A stretch of DNA of 64,000 nucleotides from positions 17,388 through 81,387 of IMG/VR virus record IMGVR_UViG_3300036827_000193; one strand, 5' to 3'. Positions 18,579 through 26,357 of the stretch are shown in pieces. Within the stretch, counting starts at the first letter, position 1. Every line of letters begins with the position of its first letter. This DNA comes from a virus. The position numbers and the translations under genes are program-made. The notes beneath the pieces were generated by a model. It saw only the letters and a program-made list of their open reading frames with translations. It was not told the DNA's origin and ran no database searches.

Positions 18579-20045
18579 TCAGAACTTGATGATGAAATTG
18601 GTGACGCTGGTCGGCTGGGTGTTCTGGTGGGCCTGGTCGGAGCCGGCCGAGGCGGTGCTGCCGCTCAGCGTGCCGCTGGCGCTGCTGTTGGCGCTGATGC
18701 CGGTCAGGGCGGTGTTGGTCGCAACGTTGATGACCGATCCGCCGTTGCCGGAGTTGTTGAAGCCGGAAAAGCCGCTCGAGCCGCCGCCGGACGCATAAAT
18801 GGCAACGGCGTTGTGCTGGTGGCCCGGGTCATTGATGCTGGTGCCGACGGCGATGCCGACGCTCAAGCCGACATTGCTGTGAACGTGCGCGGCCAACTGC
18901 GCGGTGACCAGCGTGACGGTCTGCGAGCCGCCCGAGGCATTGAGCGCGATGCCGTTGATGCCGGCGCCCGCTGTCGTCAGGCGGCCGGCTGCCGCGGAGC
19001 CGGCGACACCCATGTTGTCACGCCCGGCGAGCGTGCGGCCCTTGCCATCGCCGAGCTGGAACGTGGTCGCGCCATCGCCATTGCCGTAGGGATAGGCGAG
19101 GAAGCTCTGCGCCGAGCCCGAGGAGGTCGCGTTGCCGCTGAGCGCCATCGAGGTCGCCGCGATCGAGGTGATGGTCAGCGCGTTGACGCCGGTGCCTTCG
19201 AGCACCGCGCCTTCGAGCCCGAGGTTGCGCAGGTCGACGGGGATGCTGGTGATGGTGTTGACGCCGAGCGCCACAGTGCCGGTGAAGGCGGCGCGCAGGG
19301 CTGCGAGCAGGTTCGGATATGTCGCGCGTGACACGATCTGGCCGTTGCGCCAGAGAAAGCCCGCCGGCAGCGCGACGCCGTCATAGGGCAGCACGGTTCC
19401 GGGCGGGATCAGCGCCACGCCGGCCTGCTGGAGCTGGTTGGGCGCCAGGATATTGACGATGCTCGGTGCGCTCGCGCCGGGCCCGGTGACCTGCAGCACG
19501 TCGCTGCCGTTGATCGAGAGCCGGTAGTCCTGGGTGCCGTTGCGGTACCAGCCGGTGCCGGTCTCGTTGACGTTCGAATAGGCCGGCGCAGCGGCGCTGC
19601 CGTCCGGCATCTGCACCTGCTGGCTGTTGAACGGCGACACCACGATGGCGTCGGCGCCGTCGCACTGCACCAGTTGCCAGCCTGAATTCTGCGGGATGAG
19701 CACGCTCGCGCCAGATGGCGTCTTCATCGTCAGCGTGAAGGCGCCCGACGTTGCGTTGTTGACCCACCACCATTTGGTGAGGTTGGGCACCTTGACGATC
19801 TGGTTCGAGCCGAGCGCGCCGTTAAAGATCAGCGCCGCGTAGCGCGCCTGCGATGCCGCTGCCGGCGGCGGCGTGCCGGAGAGGTCGAGCGTGCCGCCGG
19901 TGATGCTTGAGGTCAGCGCATTGGCAATCGCGTCCTCGAAAATCTGGAACACGGCGCTGTTGGCGTTGGCGCCCCACGAATTATTATCATTGCCGGTGCC
20001 CATCAGCAGGACACCGATCGTGCTGGAGAAGGTGTCTGCGGTCAT
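18579..20045 (-). CDS. Tail fibre with tail-collar domain
   Basis: TGNDNNSWG N-terminus; PPGTVLPY..PAGFLWRNGQIVSRATYPNL..GNGDGATTF..GR collar; HQNTQPTSVTNFIIKF end. Confidence 0.85.
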   Translation of the reverse strand: MTADTFSSTIGVLLMGTGNDNNSWGANANSAVFQIFEDAIANALTSSITGGTLDLSGTPPPAAASQARYAALIFNGALGSNQIVKVPNLTKWWWVNNATSGAFTLTMKTPSGASVLIPQNSGWQLVQCDGADAIVVSPFNSQQVQMPDGSAAAPAYSNVNETGTGWYRNGTQDYRLSINGSDVLQVTGPGASAPSIVNILAPNQLQQAGVALIPPGTVLPYDGVALPAGFLWRNGQIVSRATYPNLLAALRAAFTGTVALGVNTITSIPVDLRNLGLEGAVLEGTGVNALTITSIAATSMALSGNATSSGSAQSFLAYPYGNGDGATTFQLGDGKGRTLAGRDNMGVAGSAAAGRLTTAGAGINGIALNASGGSQTVTLVTAQLAAHVHSNVGLSVGIAVGTSINDPGHQHNAVAIYASGGGSSGFSGFNNSGNGGSVINVATNTALTGISANSSASGTLSGSTASAGSDQAHQNTQPTSVTNFIIKF

Positions 20046-20944
20046 GGGATTTCCGGATCAAGCTCGAGGCCGCGGTACTGCATGTCGTTCTCGGCGCTGA
20101 TCTTCTCGATCATCGCGACAAGCCGCGTGAATTGTTTCTGGTATTCCTCGCTGTCCTTCATGAAGTCGGCGGCTGCCGCGACGCAGGCGACGCGCATCAG
20201 GTTGGGATAGCGATCGGTCAGGAAATTGCTCTCGTTCGAGGCCGAGAGCAGCGGCAGGCTCTGGTAGTATTGCAGCCGGCACAGCGAGGCCTGGAAGAAC
20301 GCGGCATCGAAATAAAGCCGCTCGTTCCAGATCCCGAAGTAGACCGGCGAGCCCGCCGTGAGCACGTCGCAGATGTAATTGACCGCAGCGCCGCCGCCGG
20401 TGCCCGAGCCGCTCGGCGCGCTGCCAAGGCTCGCGACGTCGATCGTGAAGGTGCTGGCGTCGAGGATTGCGGTAACCGGAAACGTGCCGGCTATGGTGAC
20501 GCCGTTGAAGGCAGACGCGCCGCTGGTGTTGAACACCGAGTCCTGGGTGAAGCCATGCGCGGTGAGCGCCACCGTGACGGTGTACGAGCCGCTCGCCGTG
20601 GTGAACGGATCGGTGCCGAGCGTGCCCGAGGTCTCCGCATAGCTGCGGCTGTTCTGCAGCAGGCCTGAATCCTTGTGGCGGATGAAAGTGTTGAAACTCG
20701 ACACGAAGATGCGGCCGATCGGATCGAGAAAGCGCGGCGGCAATGGCGTGTAGGAGCCGTTGACCGCCATCGCAAACTGCGTCGCCGTCATCATCTCGCG
20801 GCAGCGCATGCGGCCTTCGCCGTAGATCAGCGCCTGCGCCTCATCGACGATCACGGTGGGTTGCAGCTTGGAATAGTTGACCCATGACGCGATCGAGCCC
20901 GTCACGGACTTGTCCGCGACGAGGCTGGTGTATGTCATCGCCAT
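20042..20944 (-). CDS. Head-to-tail adaptor/connector protein
   Basis: MTYTSLVA..IASWVNY..LP..FL..YYQSLPLLS..SNFLTDRYPNL pattern; position. Confidence 0.8.
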   Translation of the reverse strand: MAMTYTSLVADKSVTGSIASWVNYSKLQPTVIVDEAQALIYGEGRMRCREMMTATQFAMAVNGSYTPLPPRFLDPIGRIFVSSFNTFIRHKDSGLLQNSRSYAETSGTLGTDPFTTASGSYTVTVALTAHGFTQDSVFNTSGASAFNGVTIAGTFPVTAILDASTFTIDVASLGSAPSGSGTGGGAAVNYICDVLTAGSPVYFGIWNERLYFDAAFFQASLCRLQYYQSLPLLSASNESNFLTDRYPNLMRVACVAAAADFMKDSEEYQKQFTRLVAMIEKISAENDMQYRGLELDPEIP

Positions 20945-20980
20945 GGCTCAACCTCCGCCGCGCGCGGCGCCGCAAACGGC

Positions 20981-21550
20981 TTACGACTGCGGCAGCAACC
21001 GCTTGAACTGCGGGCAGAGCTCGTCTTCGGGGATCAGCTTTTCGTCGCGCACCAGGTCCTCGATCAACGAGCGCATGAACTGGTCGCCGGCCGAATAGTT
21101 CTTGTGGTAGCGCTTCTTCGCCGCCATGCGCAGTTGGAACGGCTGGTATCTGACTTCGCCACGCAGAAAGGATTCGAAATTGACATCGTCCTCGGCGCTG
21201 CCGCCGCTGCCTTCGACCGGCTCGGCGAGCCCGTCATCCTCGACCGGCGCAAGGCTCGTTGCCGTGGCAAGACGGCTGCGCTTGGCGGCGAGATAGGCGC
21301 GCATCGATGTGTTGTAGAGCGGGTGATACTCGATCGGCTTGCCTTCGGGGCCCATGCCGATGAACTTGACGTCCTTGCCGTCGTCGGCGACGAGCTCGCC
21401 ATTGCTGTCGAACGGCAGCAGCACGGTGTCACGGCCGACCTTGCCGCCCTGCCAGAAATGCACGCGATAAAGCGGATCGTCCGGTGTGCGCTCGCCGCGG
21501 CATTCCCCGAATGGCCTGCTGCGATCAAGACGGATCAGGGTTTCACTCAT
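20981..21550 (-). CDS. Hypothetical phage protein
   Basis: Start MSETLIRLDRSRPF with GGAG SD; the longer track ORF is antisense to the HNH gene. Confidence 0.7.
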   Translation of the reverse strand: MSETLIRLDRSRPFGECRGERTPDDPLYRVHFWQGGKVGRDTVLLPFDSNGELVADDGKDVKFIGMGPEGKPIEYHPLYNTSMRAYLAAKRSRLATATSLAPVEDDGLAEPVEGSGGSAEDDVNFESFLRGEVRYQPFQLRMAAKKRYHKNYSAGDQFMRSLIEDLVRDEKLIPEDELCPQFKRLLPQS

Positions 21551-21652
21551 GAAGACTCCACTCTTTTCGGTTTGTGGTGTATGAAAAACATGCGGCCCCC
21601 AACGGCGCTTCAACGCCGATGAGGGCCTAACCTCGGTGCACGGAGCTAACCC

Positions 21653-22201
21653 ATGACCAAGGCTGACACAGCCTACATTAGATTCATTGACGCAGGGCGG
21701 CGGTTTAACCGCCTTACCGCCATCGAATTTGTCGGCTACGAAGCGACGCCGCGCAGAAAGCCGCTCTGGCGTTTTCGGTGTGACTGCGGGAACGAGTGCA
21801 TCAGCCGCACCGAGAGCGTCAGAAGCGGGAATACAAAAAGCTGCGGATGTCAAAAGGTCGACAGCACTCGGAGGGTTGGCCATGCCAATTTTGTGCACGG
21901 CCAGAGCGACACGAGGATTTACCGAATCTGGCACGCCATGCTGCATCGCTGCAGCAACCCGAAGAATGAAAAATTTGAATACTATGGCGGTCGCGGAATT
22001 TCGGTTTGCCGCGAATGGCACTCAATCCACGATTTCAGAGATTGGGCGCTGGCCAATGGTTACGCCAAGAACCTCACGATCGACCGGTATCCCGACAAAG
22101 ACGGAAACTACGAGCCCCGCAATTGCCGGTGGGTGACGATAGAAGAGCAGCAGACGAACCGCCGCCCGCGCCGCTGGTTGAAACGACCCCCCGTCGCGTG
22201 A
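21653..22201 (+). CDS. Free-standing HNH homing endonuclease
   Basis: GRRFNRLT, CDCGN, TKSCGC, YRIWHAMLHRC, YGGRGISVC, TIDRYPDKDGNYEPRNCRW; GGAG SD. Confidence 0.9.
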   Translation: MTKADTAYIRFIDAGRRFNRLTAIEFVGYEATPRRKPLWRFRCDCGNECISRTESVRSGNTKSCGCQKVDSTRRVGHANFVHGQSDTRIYRIWHAMLHRCSNPKNEKFEYYGGRGISVCREWHSIHDFRDWALANGYAKNLTIDRYPDKDGNYEPRNCRWVTIEEQQTNRRPRRWLKRPPVA

Positions 22202-22229
22202 CGAGGGGTCGCATTCGCATTCACCCAAA

Positions 22230-22541
22230 TCAATGATTCGGGATGATCACATGGCGGACCTTGCCAGCAGCACCGACTTCCTCATTCACCGCCGAGGAGC
22301 CGGTCAGCGAGTGCTTGAGGTTGTCGACGCTGCCGCCGAAGCCGCCCTCGTCCTGCAGCGAGGTCTCGATGTCCATCGCCAGCTTGACGTTGTCCATCGC
22401 AAAGGCGGTCATGATCGACTGGTCCGGACGATCGATCTTCTTGGAGACGATCTCGTTCGAGGGACCGCTGCCGCCGGTGAGCGCGTGGGAGATGAAGCCC
22501 TCCGCACCCTTCGCCGGACGGTCCTTGCCGTATTTGGCCAT
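22230..22541 (-). CDS. Hypothetical phage protein
   Basis: TAAGGAGG SD; co-oriented. Confidence 0.75.
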   Translation of the reverse strand: MAKYGKDRPAKGAEGFISHALTGGSGPSNEIVSKKIDRPDQSIMTAFAMDNVKLAMDIETSLQDEGGFGGSVDNLKHSLTGSSAVNEEVGAAGKVRHVIIPNH

Positions 22542-22552
22542 GGTTGGCCTCC

Positions 22553-22783
22553 TTATTGTTCGAAGCTTTGGTCAGGCCCCTGATAGGCGTACCCATCGGT
22601 GCCGGCGACCAGCGGGGGATTGCCCTGCGCTTGCGGGTTGGCCTTCGACAGCAAACTGAAGCCATCGCGCCCGGCATCGCCGGATTCGATGTCGTTCTCG
22701 CCGTAGTTCGTGAGCGGACGCGGATCGACCAGTTTGACCGGATCGTTCCGTCGTGCCGTGCCAAAGAAAAAGCCACCGCGCAT
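22553..22783 (-). CDS. Hypothetical phage protein
   Basis: GGGAG SD; co-oriented. Confidence 0.6.
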   Translation of the reverse strand: MRGGFFFGTARRNDPVKLVDPRPLTNYGENDIESGDAGRDGFSLLSKANPQAQGNPPLVAGTDGYAYQGPDQSFEQ

Positions 22784-22855
22784 GACGCAGTTCTCCCTTG
22801 CTGGAAAATGAAAACGGAGAGGCGCTCAGGCCTCTCCGCCGTATGCGAGCGGGGC

Positions 22856-23614
22856 TTAGACCGTTTCCGGCCCGACCCACTGGACCTTGACGCGCGGGAT
22901 GCCGCCGCCAGCGCCGGAGCCGGCGCCATTCGCCGCCAGCGTCACCACGACGACGAGCCACATGATGCCGCCGTTGGTGTAGGTGCCGGTGAAGGTCTTG
23001 GCGACCTCGATGTACTGGAAGTTGGTATCGATCGCCGTGATGGCCATCAGGTTGGCGTTGGCGTTGGTGCCGCCGCCGACGATGCCCTGGGCCGAGACGA
23101 GTTGGCCCGTGACAAGGTCCTTGAACGGCTGCTGGCCAGCCGCAAAGATGCGGCAGTGGCTGGAGTCGACACCCTGGACCACGGATGTGATCACCCAGCC
23201 GCTCGCCGGGATGCGGCCCGCCGGCACAACCGTGCCATAGGAGCCGCCGGCGATGCCCTTCGACGTCAGCGGTCCGCCGTCGAGGACGACGTGACCGGCG
23301 AAGTCGCTGAGCGCGCGCGGGGGATTACCCGTGATCGCTTCGGCGCTGGCGCGGTAGGGACCAACGCCATAGCCCGTTGCGGTCGCGGTGCCGAGCCGGT
23401 AGCGCCCGTAGGTGAAGTCACCCGACGAGATGCCAACCATGAGCTCGGGCACCGTGGTGGTGCCGACCATCGAGGTCGTGACATCGACCATCAGGTCGCG
23501 CACGAACCCGACTTTGCCGCGTGGGCCGACGATGTAGTGGACCACGCTTGCCGCAGCCCAGCCGGTCGATTCGGCCCACTGCTGCAGTTCGACGTCGGAG
23601 TTTTCGTATGCCAT
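22856..23614 (-). CDS. Putative capsid decoration/minor structural protein
   Basis: Directly after the capsid gene, GGAGG SD, Gly/Thr/Val-rich beta composition. Confidence 0.7.
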   Translation of the reverse strand: MAYENSDVELQQWAESTGWAAASVVHYIVGPRGKVGFVRDLMVDVTTSMVGTTTVPELMVGISSGDFTYGRYRLGTATATGYGVGPYRASAEAITGNPPRALSDFAGHVVLDGGPLTSKGIAGGSYGTVVPAGRIPASGWVITSVVQGVDSSHCRIFAAGQQPFKDLVTGQLVSAQGIVGGGTNANANLMAITAIDTNFQYIEVAKTFTGTYTNGGIMWLVVVVTLAANGAGSGAGGGIPRVKVQWVGPETV

Positions 23615-23629
23615 GTTCTGTTTCCTCCG

Positions 23630-26323
23630 TTACGCCGCGCTGTCCCACATCACGACCCGCGAGTTGAGCGAGTCGGTGTGGACCAAACCAAAACCGCCGA
23701 GGTAATTGATTGTGTTCACCCGTCGTCGCTAACGACGGGCCGAGACGACCTTTTTGTAGGTCAACTCTGCTGGCTCTTTCGAACCAGTCCAGACCATATC
23801 TTCAGTGACGCAAGTTGCTTTTTTGCGTTACTGCTGGGGGCTTCGGTGCGCTTGCACCTACGAGCTTTCGCTCTGGTCGTTGAAGCTTCCTCTGCGTGAG
23901 AGGCTCGCCTGCTGATTATCCAATCTCAGAACTTTTCAGGCCGTCACGCCTGCGGTCGCCCGCTACGTTGTGGCGTTCTGAGCTTTAGGAACTTCCAGCA
24001 ATTCTCCCAGTTTTTACGCCTAGCATTATTCTCTACCAGGCGATGCCCCGGCTGCGACCGTAGTCGCCCGGGATCTTCGCGCGGACTTCCTCGGGTACGC
24101 ACACGGCTTCAGTGACCGTGTCACCGCCGCAGAAGAACGCCCAGGAAGACAGGCCATTCGTCCACGGTTGCGCAACGCCGCTCCACGGATCGTACGACGT
24201 GGCATTCGCCGCGCCGCCCTTGGGAACGAACGTCTGCTCGATGAAGCGGCAGGACTCGTACCTGCCGATTTCGCCGTTGAAGATGTGCGCGAGACCGGTC
24301 TCGGTGTACTGGTGGATGGTCTCGAGCGAATTCTTGAAGTTGCGATACGTGGTCGGATGCGACACCGCCACGTAGTCATCCGCCGTGAACGGCGGAATGT
24401 TTCGCTCCTTCATGGTGTCGACGATCGCCTTGACGTGCCCGGTACCGAGCGCGACGTTGTTCGTCACGGTTGCGGTGCCGTTGGTGTCGAGGTTGATGGC
24501 GGTCGTCGAAGTGCTGGAAGACGGCTCGGCGCGCAGCAGAGTGTTCTTGAACTGCAAGAACGACTCGATGTCGAAGTATTTGCGCGCGTCGTCCTTCAGC
24601 GTTTTGTCGATGATCGCGGCGACCTGATGCTTCGCCAGCGCGACCAGCTTGCCGGTGTAGGGAACGCTATTCCCAGCTTCAAAGCAGAATTGTTCTTTGC
24701 CGCGGCTCTTTATCCGCAGCCTCAACCGCTCGCGCGATTGCTCAGACTATCTCTTGCAGATTACTGTGATCTGCCCGGGCGCTCGTGGTCGGATTATTCT
24801 TTCGTCACCGACTAGTCGTTACGCCTTCCGCGCCCCTGGGGCTCTCGCCTTACATGCGCGACTTGGCTCGGGATTGTCTCTGAGAGAGGTTCCCCGAATT
24901 CACCCGGTGTTTCACCTTACGCGGCGAGCGCGAAGGTGCGGCCTGTGTTGACCGTAAGCTGGTGTTGCAGCATGACGAACCCGGTCTCCGGGATCGGGGC
25001 GCTTTCGTCCAGCCGGCGGCCTTGCGTGCCGAGGTTGGAATAAACGTCCCAGTTGAACTTGTCGCCGCGGTTGAGGCCTTTCTTGGTGCCATCCTCGGCG
25101 TCGCAGAGCTGCCGCATCTTGGTCAGCGGCTGCACCTGCTGGCGGAGCACGTCCGACAATTCGTCGGAGTACATGAATCCGCCCTCAGTGGGGACTGCCT
25201 TTTGTTCGCACGATCCCGTTTGTGGATCGTTCCTGCATCTTTCAATGCAGAGCAGACTATATCTTGAAATCTTCTGCCGGTATCCCACATACATCCCTAG
25301 CGGGGAAACACATGCGCATCACCAAATCACAACTCGTCGCCCTCTACGCAAAGAGGACTGACGATCAAATCGGCAAGCTGTTCGGCGTAACCGGCCATTC
25401 AGTTGGCGATTGGCGACGGCATTATGGCATCCAGCGCAAACCAAGAGAGACTTACAACAAGTATACCCTTGATCGCGATTTTTTCGCGAAGATTGACACC
25501 GAAGAGAAGGCGTACGCGCTCGGTCTTATAGCGTCCGATGGATGGGTGGCCCGATCTGGAAAGCAAGTGAGCCTTGCTCTTCAGGTTCGAGACCGGCACA
25601 TCCTTTATGATCTTCGACGCGCCCTGAAGTCGGATGCTCGTGTCTTCGACAAGGCGAGAGGCGGCTTTGCCGGCTCTGGCCCGCGGAAACAGATTACCTT
25701 CGACAGCAAGAAGCTGGTCGCCGATCTGGCGCGCTGGGGTGTCATCCCCGGAAAATCAGTCACCCTCCGCTACCCCCGTATTCCGAAACATCTTGAGTGC
25801 CATTTTGCGCGAGGACTTTTTGACGGGGATGGGCACATTCGCGCCCACCCGAAAAAGCTCTTTTATTTTCTTGGCACTTCCGACCTGATCGACGGACTAC
25901 GAAAGTCGATCATCCGACATACGGGCGCGGCGCTCGCCAAGTACGAGGCCGTGGGCTGTTGGCGGATTTCTGGATACGGTGGCAGCGTCGCGGTGCTGCG
26001 GTGGATGTATGAAGATGCGACGATCTGCCTTCGCAGGAAGCATCGCGTCTTCTTGAGGTACTGGAAGTGATGTCCTGGGCGCTCGTGGGACCGATTATCG
26101 TCGGGGTCTCACAGTCCTAGTCGTTGAACCTTCCGAGCTACAGTTTCCCCTGCTCGGCTTGGCTGCTGATCGGCCAATCCCTGATCTTTTCGCGCATTCA
26201 CGCTCGCCCTCTCGGGCCACGTTGTAGCGATCAAGGCTCTAAGGCTGTTCCAGCAATTCACCCAGTGCGCACTCTGAACTCGCATTCAGAGGGGGGCTAA
26301 GTTACCCACAATTGTCCTGCCAT
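23630..26323 (-). CDS. Major capsid protein (N4-gp56-like, ~330 aa) in four exons: 26323-~26305, ~25198-24951, 24684-24035, 23706-23630
   Basis: Spliced frame MAGQLW/AVPTEGGFMYSDELS..QLTV/FEAGNSVPYTGKL..GEIGRYESCRFIEQ..GRSRGIAW/YYLGGFGLVH..WDSAA; follows scaffold; AAGGA SD. Confidence 0.92.
23707..24034 (-). ncRNA. Group I intron 3 in the capsid gene (328 nt, no ORF, apparent terminal A)
   Basis: P1 cgcctggt/gctaggcg with U.G; P gaattgctggaa, Q aatcagcag, R ttcaacgacca, S aagatatggtc; P10 taat/atta. Confidence 0.9.
24685..24950 (-). ncRNA. Group I intron 2 in the capsid gene (266 nt, no ORF, canonical U|...G|)
   Basis: P1 cggt/gccg with U.G; P gaattcgggga, Q aatcccgag, R gtaacgacta, S aagagatagtc; removal restores the frame (gt|c ttt gaa gct). 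Confidence 0.93.
25199..26305 (-). ncRNA. Group I intron 1 in the capsid gene (~1.1 kb, homing endonuclease in the P8 region; boundaries uncertain by 1-2 nt)
   Basis: P gaattgctggaa, Q gatcagcag, R gttcaacgacta, P3 ctgggtg/cgcccag, S aagatatagtc, P9 ctgcat-tgaaag-atgcag. Confidence 0.9.
25312..26070 (+). CDS. Intron-encoded LAGLIDADG homing endonuclease with N-terminal HTH, antisense to its intron
   Basis: AYALGLIASDG and HFARGLFDGDG motifs; FFAKIDTEEKAY; GGGGA SD before ATG 25312. Confidence 0.9.
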   Translation: MRITKSQLVALYAKRTDDQIGKLFGVTGHSVGDWRRHYGIQRKPRETYNKYTLDRDFFAKIDTEEKAYALGLIASDGWVARSGKQVSLALQVRDRHILYDLRRALKSDARVFDKARGGFAGSGPRKQITFDSKKLVADLARWGVIPGKSVTLRYPRIPKHLECHFARGLFDGDGHIRAHPKKLFYFLGTSDLIDGLRKSIIRHTGAALAKYEAVGCWRISGYGGSVAVLRWMYEDATICLRRKHRVFLRYWK

Positions 26324-26357
26324 CTGACAGGGTCCTTTCTCATGAATGCCCGTGCCG

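Noticed and set aside
24033-25294. Track ORFs 24033-24725 and 24917-25294 as separate genes or a capsid pseudogene
   Set aside because: They are exons 3 and 2 with intron-derived ends; splicing restores a single frame
25199-26305. GT...AG boundaries suggesting a spliceosomal intron
   Set aside because: Coincidental; the segment has a full group I core and the context is bacterial
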